Of a DNA stretch of 64,000 nt, positions 46,906-58,039 are shown in pieces. Source of the stretch: Chitinophaga pinensis. GTDB lineage: Bacteria; Bacteroidota; Bacteroidia; NS11-12g; UBA955. Positions within the stretch are counted from its first letter, which is position 1; each line of letters opens with the position of its first letter. Under the pieces are notes generated by a model, which saw nothing but the letters and a program-made list of their open reading frames with translations, made no database searches and was not told the origin of the DNA. Position numbers and translations under genes: made by a program. The stretch is taken from the NCBI GenBank assembly GCA_945865625.1, contig CAMBFD010000003.1, forward strand, positions 1,954 to 65,953. The letters are read 5' to 3'.

Positions 46906-47640
46906 ATGATTAAATCAATTCCCAATTTAATTACTCTCGGCAATTTGGCCTGCGGTTTACTGGGTATTACCATGGTTTCTCAAGGTGACCCATTTTATGC
47001 CTTTCTTTTTATGATTGCAGGTGCTGTGTTGGATTTTTTTGATGGATTTTTCGCGCGCTTATTGAAAGCTGATGGAGAACTTGGAAAGCAGCTCGATAGC
47101 CTCGCCGATGTAGTTACATTCGGTGTTTTACCAGGCTTAATTTGGCGCTTTTACATGGAAGCACAAGGTTTTTGTTCGGCTACAGGATTTTGCATCAATG
47201 CATACATTTGGTTGTTGATTCCCTTGGGTGCAGCATACCGTTTAGCAACATTTAATATTGATACACGTCAATCGACAGGGTTTTTAGGTGTTCCAACACC
47301 AATCACAGGAATTGCTTTGGCATCGTGGAGTTGGATGGTATATTCAATTGATCATTCTTTTTGGATGCTTTTTGATATACGTTGGGTATTCAGTTATTTC
47401 TACGTTTGGTTCTATGTTCCTATATTTGCATCATTTATGATGATCTCTGATTATCCAATGTTGGCATTGAAATTTAAAAAAGGAGACCCTTTAACACCTT
47501 GGAAATTTGCAATTTTAGTGCTTGGAGCATTGAGCATTATCGTTTTTGGTCCTGCTGGAATTGCATTGTTATATTTTGTTTACATTGCAATATCTTTTAT
47601 TGCAAATGCAGTTGTAAAATCTGAAAAATCTGAATCATGA
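46906..47640 (+). CDS. pssA: CDP-diacylglycerol--serine O-phosphatidyltransferase
   Basis: CDP-alcohol phosphotransferase motif [31 protein letters not shown], with multiple TM segments. Confidence 0.85.
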   Translation: MIKSIPNLITLGNLACGLLGITMVSQGDPFYAFLFMIAGAVLDFFDGFFARLLKADGELGKQLDSLADVVTFGVLPGLIWRFYMEAQGFCSATGFCINAYIWLLIPLGAAYRLATFNIDTRQSTGFLGVPTPITGIALASWSWMVYSIDHSFWMLFDIRWVFSYFYVWFYVPIFASFMMISDYPMLALKFKKGDPLTPWKFAILVLGALSIIVFGPAGIALLYFVYIAISFIANAVVKSEKSES

Positions 47641-48149
47641 AAGTTGGAATTATAATGGGTAGCGATAGCGACTTGCCAGTGATGCAAGAAGCGGCATCTA
47701 TTTTAGATAAATTTAAGGTTGAATATGAGCTAACCATAGTTTCAGCTCATAGAACACCTGATAGATTGGTCGATTATGGTAAAAATGCTCATTTAAGGGG
47801 CATTGGTGTTATTATTGCTGGTGCCGGTGGCGCTGCTCATCTTCCAGGGATGATTGCATCGTTTACGCACTTGCCTGTGATTGGTGTGCCAGTTAAATCT
47901 AGCAATTTGAGCGGTTTGGATAGTTTATACTCAATTGTTCAAATGCCTCCAGGAGTACCAGTTGCTACGGTTGCAATAAACGGTGCTAAAAACGCTGGAA
48001 TTTTGGCTGCTCAAATTCTTGGTGTAACCAATGAAGCAATTGCAAGTGAAGTCATATCCTTCAAAAATGAAATGAATCAAGAAGTGTTGAACAAAGCTAC
48101 ATCTGTTGAAGAAATTGGCTATCAACAGTATTTGAAGAATCAAAAATGA
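47637..48149 (+). CDS. purE: 5-(carboxyamino)imidazole ribonucleotide mutase
   Basis: [18 protein letters not shown] and [10 protein letters not shown] motifs. Confidence 0.92.
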   Translation: MKVGIIMGSDSDLPVMQEAASILDKFKVEYELTIVSAHRTPDRLVDYGKNAHLRGIGVIIAGAGGAAHLPGMIASFTHLPVIGVPVKSSNLSGLDSLYSIVQMPPGVPVATVAINGAKNAGILAAQILGVTNEAIASEVISFKNEMNQEVLNKATSVEEIGYQQYLKNQK

Positions 48150-48727
48150 TCATTGTTGGAAATGCTTTAGTATCTGAAGATATACTAGAGAAAAAATTTG
48201 CCTGTCAAATCGACAAATGTAAAGGTGAGTGCTGTATTCAAGGTGATGCAGGTGCTCCGTTGTTGAAAGATGAAGCAGACATTATTTTAGATATTTACGA
48301 TAAAATTGAGCCTTACATTAGCGCTGAAGGAATTGCCGAAATCAAAGAAAATGGATTTGTAACCAGAGATACTGATGGCGATTTGGTGACCGTTTGTAGG
48401 AGCACAGGCGAATGTGTGTTTGTGGTTTATGAAAGCAATGGAATTGCATCGTGCGCGATAGAAAAAGCCCATACCGCAGGTGATATAGACTTTAAAAAGC
48501 CAATTAGTTGCCATTTGTATCCAATTCGCGCAAAAAAGTATGGTTCTTACGTTGCTATGAATTACCATCATTGGGATATTTGTAGTGATGCTTGTAAAGC
48601 AGGTTCAGAAATGAATGTACCTGTTTATGAATTTTTGAAAGAAGCCATTATTCGTAAAATGGGCGAGGAGTGGTATAAAGAATTGTCTGAAATTGCCAAA
48701 GATTGGTCTGGCAGAGATAAAAATTAA
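48146..48727 (+). CDS. DUF3109-like Cys-rich protein
   Basis: [23 protein letters not shown]-terminal cysteine cluster. 193 aa. Confidence 0.55.
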   Translation: MIIVGNALVSEDILEKKFACQIDKCKGECCIQGDAGAPLLKDEADIILDIYDKIEPYISAEGIAEIKENGFVTRDTDGDLVTVCRSTGECVFVVYESNGIASCAIEKAHTAGDIDFKKPISCHLYPIRAKKYGSYVAMNYHHWDICSDACKAGSEMNVPVYEFLKEAIIRKMGEEWYKELSEIAKDWSGRDKN

Positions 48728-49581
48728 CAAAAAAGGCTAGAAAATAGTCCTAAAAACATGGTAGTTTTTAGCCAGTTTGAAATTTTGCGAAATTCTGATT
48801 TTTCTTTTGCCTTAAAAATAAGGAAAGCCACATAAATGAGTGCTGGAATGATGAAAACACTCATAAAGCTGGTAAAAAGTAAATTGGATGCTTGAATATA
48901 AAGCAATGCAATGATTCCAAGTGTGATGGCAAGGAAAATAAGCGATAAATTTTTACTTTTCGGAATGCCATTTACAATAGGAAAAGTTTTGTAATCTTGG
49001 GCTTTATCGCCGTCAATATCTTCAATGTCTTTGATCATTTCCCTGACCATTGTAATGAAAAAAGCGATGCTTGCGTATTCGGCGAAGTAGGTGTTTGAAA
49101 CATTGTAAACGCCTCTAGATGAAACATATACTACCATTCCTGCCATCATTGAAATGAGTAAATTTCCTTGAAGCATTTCGCCCTTTAAATCACTCGAGTA
49201 GAAATATAACAATACAGCTAAAACCGAGCACAATATTCCCATGCCAAGTCCCGCAATAAATCCACATGCAATGCCAATAGCAGTCAGTATGATATAAAAA
49301 ATTCTTGCGGATTTCAAGCTAATATGATTGCTTAAAATAAGTTTTTCTGGTTTGTTGATTCTATCGGTTTCAATATCGAAGATATCGTTGATCACATAGC
49401 CACCAGCAGCTACAAAAATACAAGCGAGTATTGTAAATAGAGATTCTCGTGTACGAATGTTTGAATAGTCTATATTAAAAGCACTATGGTTGATTCTAGA
49501 GGCCGAGATGATGAACAATACTTGTGTGAGCACTGTTAAAATTAAATTGATTGGCCTCGTCAATTTCCAGTAATACTTCAT
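48724..49581 (-). CDS. UbiA-family prenyltransferase
   Basis: NDIFDIETDRINKP and DIEDIDGD aspartate-rich motifs. About 8 TM segments. Confidence 0.8.
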   Translation of the reverse strand: MKYYWKLTRPINLILTVLTQVLFIISASRINHSAFNIDYSNIRTRESLFTILACIFVAAGGYVINDIFDIETDRINKPEKLILSNHISLKSARIFYIILTAIGIACGFIAGLGMGILCSVLAVLLYFYSSDLKGEMLQGNLLISMMAGMVVYVSSRGVYNVSNTYFAEYASIAFFITMVREMIKDIEDIDGDKAQDYKTFPIVNGIPKSKNLSLIFLAITLGIIALLYIQASNLLFTSFMSVFIIPALIYVAFLIFKAKEKSEFRKISNWLKTTMFLGLFSSLFC

Positions 49582-49586
49582 GGGAA

Positions 49587-50138
49587 TTACCTTTTAGGAA
49601 ATTTCATTTTGTAGTCGATGTCTACATACCCTTTAGAAATATTTTCAAGTCGTTTTTTGATCATACTTCTTTTGAGGGGACTTACTCGATCGGTGAACAA
49701 AATACCTTCTATATGGTCATATTCGTGTTGAATAATTCTGGCAGCCATACCGTCGAAGGTTTTGGTATGTTCCTGCCAATTTTCGTCGAAATAGTGAATG
49801 GTAAGTTCTTCTTTCCTTTTAACGTTAGCTCTAACACCAGGAATACTCAAACAGCCTTCTTCAAATTCCCATTCCTTGCCAAATTCTTCTGTAATTTCGG
49901 GGTTGATGAAAACTTGCTTGAAATCAGCAGGTTCAATATTATCTACATCAGAACCGTCTACTATGAATAATCTGATTGGCAAACCAATTTGTGGAGCAGC
50001 CAAACCAATGCCATTGCTATCGTACATGGTTTCGAACATGTTGCGAAGCAAATCTTCAAACTGCGGATAATGTTGATCGATATCTTCGGCTTTTTTTCTA
50101 AGAACAGGTTGTCCGTAGGCATATATAGGTAAAATCAT
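49587..50138 (-). CDS. def: peptide deformylase
   Basis: GIGLAAPQIG, EGCLSIPG and QHEYDHIEG motifs. Confidence 0.92.
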   Translation of the reverse strand: MILPIYAYGQPVLRKKAEDIDQHYPQFEDLLRNMFETMYDSNGIGLAAPQIGLPIRLFIVDGSDVDNIEPADFKQVFINPEITEEFGKEWEFEEGCLSIPGVRANVKRKEELTIHYFDENWQEHTKTFDGMAARIIQHEYDHIEGILFTDRVSPLKRSMIKKRLENISKGYVDIDYKMKFPKR

Positions 50139-50548
50139 GAAATTCTTTGTAAATGAGTTTGCAAAATTAATGCAGCTGAGATAGTATCTACTAATTTTTT
50201 ATCTTTTCGTTGGTCTTTTTTTACAACTGATTTATTGATAAACATTTGAGCTTCGTGGCTGCTGTAACGTTCATCGATTGTTGCAATTGGAATGTTTGGA
50301 TAATTCATTTTTAGCCAATCAATAAAATCTCTAACGGGTTGAGTGGCATCGGTATCTTCTCCTGAAAGTTTGGAAGGCATTCCAACCACAAATTCATCGA
50401 TTTGTTCTTGTACAGAATATATTTTTAACCAATCGGGAAAATCTGTTGCATAGATTGTAGTGAGTGGTTGGGCAAACATTTTCAATGGATCTGTAACGGC
50501 AATGCCAATGCGCTTTAATCCGAAGTCAATGCCAATAATTCTACCCAT
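50135..50548 (-). CDS. ruvX: Holliday junction resolvase-like protein RuvX/YqgF
   Basis: MGRIIGIDFGLKRIGIAVTD N-terminus. The start at ATG 50548 lies 4 nt after a TATCTTTG box. The track start is TTG 50563. Confidence 0.85.
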   Translation of the reverse strand: MGRIIGIDFGLKRIGIAVTDPLKMFAQPLTTIYATDFPDWLKIYSVQEQIDEFVVGMPSKLSGEDTDATQPVRDFIDWLKMNYPNIPIATIDERYSSHEAQMFINKSVVKKDQRKDKKLVDTISAALILQTHLQRIS

Positions 50549-50552
50549 ATTA

Positions 50553-50560
50553 CAAAGATA
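50553..50560 (-). promoter_or_regulatory. -7 box TATCTTTG, 4 nt upstream of the ruvX ATG 50548
   Basis: Matches TAnnTTTG on the minus strand with N4 spacing. It directly follows the 9-bp repeat array and a T8 run. Confidence 0.4.
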
Positions 50561-50571
50561 CAAAAAAAATA

Positions 50572-50739
50572 GGGTTAGTAGGGTTAGATGGATTAGAGGG
50601 GTTAGAAGGATAAACTAAATCAACTAAATCAACCAAATCAACTAAATCAACCAAATCAACCAATCAACTAAACTTTTAAACTTGCAGATTAGAAGGATCA
50701 GTAAGGATCAGAGGATTAACAGGATTAGACGGGTTAGAA
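50572..50739. repeat. composite array of 9-bp tandem repeats: GGRTTAGNN x4-5, CYAAATCAA x6, GGRTYAGNN x6
   Basis: Read directly. 50572-50607 is GGGTTAGTA GGGTTAGAT GGATTAGAG GGGTTAGAA. 50615-50667 is CTAAATCAA CTAAATCAA CCAAATCAA CTAAATCAA CCAAATCAA CCAATCAA. 50686-50739 is AGATTAGAA GGATCAGTA (A) GGATCAGA GGATTAACA GGATTAGAC GGGTTAGAA. Confidence 0.9.
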
Positions 50740-50760
50740 ACCATAAACGATTTATAAACA

Positions 50761-50791
50761 AAAATGGCTCAAGAAAATTGAGCCATTTTTG
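50761..50791 (-). terminator. groEL terminator (bidirectional shape)
   Basis: ATGGCTCAA-GAAAA-TTGAGCCAT flanked by an A-run and a T-run. It lies 22 nt downstream of the groEL stop. Confidence 0.85.
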
Positions 50792-50812
50792 TTTATAATC
50801 GTTGATGTTGAA

Positions 50813-52450
<1,638 letters not shown>

Positions 52451-52454
52451 TTAA

Positions 52455-52730
52455 TTAAATAATTGCTAAAATGTCACTTTCACGCATGATCAAATAGTCT
52501 TTTCCTTCTACGTTGATCTCGGTACCAGCATATTTGCCATACAAAACAGTGTCGCCAATTTTTACGGTCATCGGTTCGTCAACCTTACCATTTCCAACAG
52601 CAATTACCTGACCTTTTTGTGGTTTTTCTTTTGCTGTGTCAGGGATAATAATTCCTGAAGCGGTTTTTAGTTCTGCGGCTACCGGCTCTACCATAACTCG
52701 GTCGGCCAATGGTTTAATGTTTACTGACAT
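52455..52730 (-). CDS. groS: co-chaperonin GroES
   Basis: [12 protein letters not shown] ... YGKYAGTE. 91 aa, directly upstream of groEL. Confidence 0.97.
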   Translation of the reverse strand: MSVNIKPLADRVMVEPVAAELKTASGIIIPDTAKEKPQKGQVIAVGNGKVDEPMTVKIGDTVLYGKYAGTEINVEGKDYLIMRESDILAII

Positions 52731-52760
52731 ATTTTTGTTTTTGTTTAAATTTATTGTTTA

Positions 52761-52768
52761 CAAATTTA
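52761..52768 (-). promoter_or_regulatory. -7 box TAAATTTG, 30 nt upstream of the groES ATG
   Basis: Matches TAnnTTTG on the minus strand. Confidence 0.45.
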
Positions 52769-52910
52769 CTTCATCCAATAGCGTGCCAATGCAATTTAAA
52801 TGAAATTTTTTCAGTTTTTAAAGAACTTTATGACACTTTTTTGCCCATTTTTTTAGTTTGGGACTTGAAATTATGTCATTATGTCATTTTCTTTTCACCT
52901 CTTCAATTGA

Positions 52911-54152
52911 TCAATGTTCCAAAATAATTTGAGTAGCATGGTCTATTTGAGGAACATTTTGTGCGAAAAATGCAGATGTTTTTAATTTAATAATTTTTGT
53001 TTCCTGCAAATCTTTTTTTAACCAATGGGTTTGAATGAGCTCCGACAACTCTTCAATATTTGCAGCCTTAAATCCAATATGTGCCTCAATAAATGCGTTT
53101 GCTTCAGGAAATTTTGTGGTATTCGGTCCAAAGATTACCGGTACGCCAGCGGCCGCAGATTCAATGATGTTGTGTAACCCTTTCCCAAACGCGCCACCAA
53201 TCACAGAAACCTGAGCCAAGGCATAAAGTTTCGACAATAGTCCAATGTTGTTAATGACAACAATCTGCGTGTTTTTTTGTCCTTCAAAATTTGAAAATCT
53301 CTGAATATTATAATCTTTAAATTGCTGTTCTATTTCTGAAATATGGGCTTCTGAAATGTCGTGTGGCGCAATCATGATTTTATGATGTATCGGCAAATCA
53401 TTGTTTGTGAGCGCATTTAAAAGGGCCAATTCTTCTTGATGCCAACTGCTACCCAAAATGAGGGTGTTTTGATCTTTGGTGAATTCAATAAGATTGAGAG
53501 GAATGTCTCCCAAATTTTCTTGTATGATTTTAGTTCTTAAATATCGAATATCGCCAATGAGGTTGATATTTTTAAGTCCCAATTGTTTGGCTAAGATTTC
53601 AGTTTCTTCGTTGGTACAGAAAAATCCCCTACATTTTTTGATAGAATTACGCCAAAAAGCTGCCCAGTTTTTAAAGATAAAATGATTTTGTCGCAGCAAA
53701 AAATTCCAATACCAAACTGGTATATTTAATTGATGCGCGTAATTGATGAAAATGGGCCAAAACTCGTATTTTACAAAAACCACAACGTCTGGTTGCACAT
53801 GATTGTACCAAAATTGTGCGTTGGATTGGGTGTCGAAGGGTAAATAAAATTTCTTTGAATTGGGTTCAAGCTTGGCGTTTTTATAACCCGAAGGAGAGAA
53901 AAAACTAATGATGAATTCAAGACTTGCATCTTTTTGAGCCATTTTTTGGATCAGCGGAATCGCCATTTCGTATTCTCCAAGACTGGCGGCATGGATCCAA
54001 ATTCGGCGATTGCTTTTATTCTTGAGCGATAATAATTCAGTTTTTTGAGATTTTCTACCCTGAATCATTTCATTTATCTTGGGATTGAAAAGAGCAATGC
54101 CCTTCAAAAGTCCCTCCAAAAAATGAATGATAATGAGATAAAAGTTTTTCAA
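52911..54152 (-). CDS. waaA: 3-deoxy-D-manno-octulosonic acid transferase
   Basis: RIWIHAASLGEYEMAIPLI motif and a GT30-like C-terminus. A TTG start at 54152 is proposed because the track start at 54221 overlaps the upstream gene by 65 nt. Confidence 0.82.
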   Translation of the reverse strand: MKNFYLIIIHFLEGLLKGIALFNPKINEMIQGRKSQKTELLSLKNKSNRRIWIHAASLGEYEMAIPLIQKMAQKDASLEFIISFFSPSGYKNAKLEPNSKKFYLPFDTQSNAQFWYNHVQPDVVVFVKYEFWPIFINYAHQLNIPVWYWNFLLRQNHFIFKNWAAFWRNSIKKCRGFFCTNEETEILAKQLGLKNINLIGDIRYLRTKIIQENLGDIPLNLIEFTKDQNTLILGSSWHQEELALLNALTNNDLPIHHKIMIAPHDISEAHISEIEQQFKDYNIQRFSNFEGQKNTQIVVINNIGLLSKLYALAQVSVIGGAFGKGLHNIIESAAAGVPVIFGPNTTKFPEANAFIEAHIGFKAANIEELSELIQTHWLKKDLQETKIIKLKTSAFFAQNVPQIDHATQIILEH

Positions 54153-54156
54153 TTTG

Positions 54157-54966
54157 TTATTCCATAAAGTAATCGGGGACAGTATTTCGAGATCTGGTTT
54201 TAATAGGAATAACCAAACCAAGATTTACACCAGCTGCAATTTCTGTCATAGATTGATCGTCGGCAGTGTTGGTTGAAAAGTTCCAAGGGCGTAAACTTTT
54301 TGTTGAACCCTGTATTAAATCGACTCCTAAAAAGAAACTTAATGAATTGGGATTTAAATATTGGATTCTAAACCTTTCAGCAATTTGGAAACCGCCAGAA
54401 AGTCGGTCGTAACCGCCTGTGTTTAAACCTTCCAACTGAGGGAGTTCTCCTTCATCGAATTGAAATAAAATATAAGTCTGTGAGTATCCTAAACCACCAC
54501 CAAGCTGAATATTCCAATCGCTAAAATTTGGATTTTTAGATAGGGGAATGATTTTCGAATAATGTGCTCTAGCAGAGAAACCACGCATGTATGTGTTGAT
54601 GATTGCGGGTTGGCCTTTGGCGTCAATCATATATCCATTTTCGTTAGAAATATGATCAAAATAGCCAGCAATATCTACACTTGTGCCAAAGATTAAATTA
54701 TAGTCGAGGCTCGCAACCCATTTGTTTTTATGTTGGTATGCAACACCAAGTGGGAAGCAAGTATATTCTGGGTATCTTATTGCCAAATCGCTAAAGTTTA
54801 CAAAATATCCTGCACTTAAATCGAGTGTAACCCAAGAAGGTTTTTCGGGAGATGCTGTTGTTATTTTAAGCGCGCCCGTATCGGTTGCCGCGGTTTGCGC
54901 TGAAAGCCTAAGTGAGCATAAGATGAATGCAATAAGGAGGGTATATTTCAAATTGTATTTTGTCAT
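54157..54966 (-). CDS. secreted beta-rich hypothetical protein (possible outer membrane protein)
   Basis: Signal peptide MTKYNLKYTLLIAFILCSLRLSAQ and an alternating aromatic/Gly-rich pattern. Its stop lies 4 nt upstream of the proposed waaA start. Confidence 0.4.
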   Translation of the reverse strand: MTKYNLKYTLLIAFILCSLRLSAQTAATDTGALKITTASPEKPSWVTLDLSAGYFVNFSDLAIRYPEYTCFPLGVAYQHKNKWVASLDYNLIFGTSVDIAGYFDHISNENGYMIDAKGQPAIINTYMRGFSARAHYSKIIPLSKNPNFSDWNIQLGGGLGYSQTYILFQFDEGELPQLEGLNTGGYDRLSGGFQIAERFRIQYLNPNSLSFFLGVDLIQGSTKSLRPWNFSTNTADDQSMTEIAAGVNLGLVIPIKTRSRNTVPDYFME

Positions 54967-55009
54967 TTCTCACGAAGTTTCTTCGAAAATAGTGAAATTG
55001 TATGATTGA

Positions 55010-55777
55010 TTAAAGAATCTGATTCAAAATTGTTAGAAAACCAGAAGGATTGTCGGCGTGCACCCAATGTCCTGCGTGTTCCACTGTATGGTAAGCTGCT
55101 GTAGGAAAATACTGTTCAATGTATGGCTTATCGGTTTCTTTGAGGTATCCACTTTTTTCGCCAAGAATGAAATGTGTTGACTTTACAAAGGCATTGTTAA
55201 ATGAAATTGCATCAATAATTTCATCGTAATAATTTTCTATGGCACTTAGGTTTATCTTGAGTTTATAACCGCCGCTATCTGCATTCGCTTCTAAGTTTTT
55301 GAGAAGAAATTGGCGAACTCCCATTTCTGGTGCAAACGGCATGAAAGCTTCTTCGGCATCTTTACGAGAATGGATTTTGGAAAAATCAAGTTCTCTAAAG
55401 GCTCTAAAGTATTCTAAATGCCCAGGGTGGTATTTTTTAGGAGCGATGTCGACCAAAATGAGGTTGTCTACCATTTCTGGATATAAATCGGCAAATAATA
55501 ATGCTGTTTTTCCTCCCATTGAATGTCCTACAACAATCGCAGAAGGCGTGTTTAAATCAATCATTAAATGTTTAAGATCATTTGCCATTGCTAGGTAGGA
55601 TGAATCTTCATGGTGAAATGATTTTCCATGATTTCGGGCATCAAAAGCAACGACTCTGTAATTGTTTGAGAGATGAGTGGCAATGTTGTGCCAATTGTCG
55701 AGCATGCCAAAAATTCCATGCAAAATATAGATGGTTTTCTTGTGTTCTGCGCCGTAAATTTTGTGGTGAACAATCAT
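55010..55777 (-). CDS. alpha/beta hydrolase (YbfF-like esterase)
   Basis: HGIFG oxyanion region, GHSMGG nucleophile elbow, and a C-terminal HAGHWVH histidine. Confidence 0.8.
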   Translation of the reverse strand: MIVHHKIYGAEHKKTIYILHGIFGMLDNWHNIATHLSNNYRVVAFDARNHGKSFHHEDSSYLAMANDLKHLMIDLNTPSAIVVGHSMGGKTALLFADLYPEMVDNLILVDIAPKKYHPGHLEYFRAFRELDFSKIHSRKDAEEAFMPFAPEMGVRQFLLKNLEANADSGGYKLKINLSAIENYYDEIIDAISFNNAFVKSTHFILGEKSGYLKETDKPYIEQYFPTAAYHTVEHAGHWVHADNPSGFLTILNQIL

Positions 55778-55787
55778 AATTGGTTAT

Positions 55788-55820
55788 AAAAAAGGGGAAA
55801 AGAAGGTGTTCTTTTCCCCT
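55788..55820 (-). terminator. ald terminator
   Basis: 12-bp stem AGGGGAAAAGAA-GGTG-TTCTTTTCCCCT. On the minus strand it is followed by TTTTTT. Confidence 0.85.
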
Positions 55821-55840
55821 GGATTGTATGAAAAATTAAA

Positions 55841-56956
55841 TTAGTTTAATACAGTTTCAACGGGTGTGTAAGGAAGGTTGAATGCTTCACTTACTCCTTT
55901 GTATACCACTTGACCATTCACAACATTTAAGCCTAATTTAAGGTCGTTGTTATCGCTACAAGCTTTTTTCCAGCCTTTGTTTGCCAATTGAATTGCATAC
56001 GGTAAAGTAGCATTGGTTAAAGCAAGGGTAGAAGTATAAGGAACAGCACCTGGCATATTTGCTACACAATAGTGAACAACACCATCAACTTCATAGCAAG
56101 GTTCAGCGTGAGTTGTAGGTTTAGATGTTTCGAAGCAACCACCTTGGTCAATTGCAACGTCAACAATCACAGATCCCTTACGCATGGTTGGTAACATATC
56201 TCGGGTAATTAATTTAGGAGCTTTAGCACCAGGAATTAATACACCACCAATCACTAAATCAGCAGTTTTAATTGCTTCTCTAATGTTGTATTCGTTACTG
56301 TATTGGGTATTTACGTTAGCAGGCATTGTATCGTCGAGTTGACGTAAACGAGGTAAGCTAATATCCATTAAGGTTACATTTGCACCTAAACCTGCAGCCA
56401 TTTTAGCAGCTTGTGTACCAACGATACCACCACCTAAAACGATAACGTTTGCTGGTTTCACACCTGGTACGCCACCTAAAAGGATTCCACGTCCGCCCAT
56501 AGGTTTTTCTAAGTATTTTGCGCCTTCTTGGATACTCATTCTACCGGCAACTTCACTCATTGGAACCAAGAGAGGTAAGCTTCTGTCTGGGCGTTCAACT
56601 GTTTCATATGCCAAACAAACAGAGTTACTCTTAATCATCGCATGGGTTAATGGCTCATAAGAAGCAAAGTGGAAATAAGTAAATAGCAATTGATTTTCTT
56701 TGATCAACGGGTATTCCGACTCAATAGGTTCTTTTACTTTGATGATCATTTCGGCAATGCCGTAAACTTCTTCAATGGTAGGAAGCATTTTAGCGCCAGC
56801 GCTAACATATTCTTCGTCTGAGAAACCACTTCCGTTTCCGGCAGTAGCTTGTACATACAACGTGTGACCGTTTTTGACCAATTCACTAGCCCCAGCAGGG
56901 GTTAAAGCAACGCGATTTTCGTTGTTTTTGATTTCTTTAGGTATGCCAATTATCAT
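55841..56956 (-). CDS. ald: alanine dehydrogenase
   Basis: MIIGIPKEIKNNENRVALTP N-terminus and VIVLGGGIVG NAD-binding motif. 371 aa. Confidence 0.93.
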   Translation of the reverse strand: MIIGIPKEIKNNENRVALTPAGASELVKNGHTLYVQATAGNGSGFSDEEYVSAGAKMLPTIEEVYGIAEMIIKVKEPIESEYPLIKENQLLFTYFHFASYEPLTHAMIKSNSVCLAYETVERPDRSLPLLVPMSEVAGRMSIQEGAKYLEKPMGGRGILLGGVPGVKPANVIVLGGGIVGTQAAKMAAGLGANVTLMDISLPRLRQLDDTMPANVNTQYSNEYNIREAIKTADLVIGGVLIPGAKAPKLITRDMLPTMRKGSVIVDVAIDQGGCFETSKPTTHAEPCYEVDGVVHYCVANMPGAVPYTSTLALTNATLPYAIQLANKGWKKACSDNNDLKLGLNVVNGQVVYKGVSEAFNLPYTPVETVLN

Positions 56957-56973
56957 GATGGTTAAAATTACCG

Positions 56974-56981
56974 CAAAGATA
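56974..56981 (-). promoter_or_regulatory. -7 box TATCTTTG, 17 nt upstream of the ald ATG
   Basis: Matches TAnnTTTG on the minus strand. Confidence 0.45.
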
Positions 56982-57043
56982 AGATTTGCAAAGCAAAAGC
57001 ACTACGAAAATCTTTTGCAACTTTCGCGTCCCTCAAAAATGAA

Positions 57044-58036
57044 TTATTTTAATGCCAATTCCATGGCTTTTTCGACAATAATATTTGTTTTTAAGAAGTT
57101 GGGCGTGAGCAAAATGTTTGGTTTTTCTTCGTGCCATTTTTCAAAATGTTTCTTAAATTTTGAATCAATTTCTGAAACAACAGTCACACCAAACGGTTTC
57201 ATGGCTGCAGCATTACATTTTTGTTCATATTGACCTTTAATGGGAATTACCAATAATTTTTTACCAAGGAACAATGTTTCTGCTGGTGTTTCAAAGCCAG
57301 CGCCTGTGATCATTCCCTCGCAATTTGTCATGCTTTCGTTGAATAATTGAGAATCAATCGGATGCCAAATAATATTTTTAAGTTGCTGAATTGTTCCCTG
57401 GTTTTTTGAGAATATATGGAATTCAATTTTTTTAAATTCTGTAAAGGTTTTCTCGAGTAAGTCGTCGGAATAATGGGGAAGATAAACCGTGATGTGTTTT
57501 TTATTTGTTGGCGCAATCTCCCATAAGCTTGTTTTAATGACTGGAGGTAAAATCCATGATTCATATTGGTCGAAATGGAATCCAATATTGTGTTCACTTT
57601 GGCAATATTTTTTCAGAACCCATTCACCCAATCGGTCTTTTTTCTCTGGTCTAGGGGTGTTTTTTGATGCGAAACTTGCCTGGTGCCCAATGTGAATCAT
57701 TTTGGTGTCTGTCATTTTGCAAGCCGTTGAACATATATATTCGAAATCGTTTAAAATTAAATCATAATCCTTCAAAGGCAATTGTTTGGCGTCTTTTATG
57801 ATTCTCGCCGGATTAATTTGTCGAAGTGTTTTTTGATAATCGAGCTTGCCTTTTTTCTTATAAAATAAACTAACGCCTTTGCTTTTAAATTTGACTGGCA
57901 ATAGAGGATTAAGTGAAGCGTTGCTTCCGCTCAAAAAAACGTCTATTTCTCCATATTTTTCAAGATATGGCATTAATTCTATGGCTCTAGAAATATGTCC
58001 GTTGCCAGTTGCTTGCACAGCGTAAAGGATTTTCAT
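57044..58036 (-). CDS. GT-B-like glycosyltransferase (MJ1255-type family protein)
   Basis: MKILYAVQATGNGHISRA N-terminus and C-terminal ITGAGFETPAE. It sits directly downstream of the lpxH-like gene. Confidence 0.6.
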   Translation of the reverse strand: MKILYAVQATGNGHISRAIELMPYLEKYGEIDVFLSGSNASLNPLLPVKFKSKGVSLFYKKKGKLDYQKTLRQINPARIIKDAKQLPLKDYDLILNDFEYICSTACKMTDTKMIHIGHQASFASKNTPRPEKKDRLGEWVLKKYCQSEHNIGFHFDQYESWILPPVIKTSLWEIAPTNKKHITVYLPHYSDDLLEKTFTEFKKIEFHIFSKNQGTIQQLKNIIWHPIDSQLFNESMTNCEGMITGAGFETPAETLFLGKKLLVIPIKGQYEQKCNAAAMKPFGVTVVSEIDSKFKKHFEKWHEEKPNILLTPNFLKTNIIVEKAMELALK

Positions 58037-58039
58037 TTT

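Noticed and set aside
50572-50739. Whether the repeat array is a CRISPR array or telomere-like (GGGTTAG contains TTAGGG).
   Set aside because: The units are 9 bp with no unique spacers, and no cas genes are nearby, so it is not CRISPR. The resemblance to TTAGGG is interrupted every 9 bp and sits internally between two housekeeping genes, so it is not a chromosome end.
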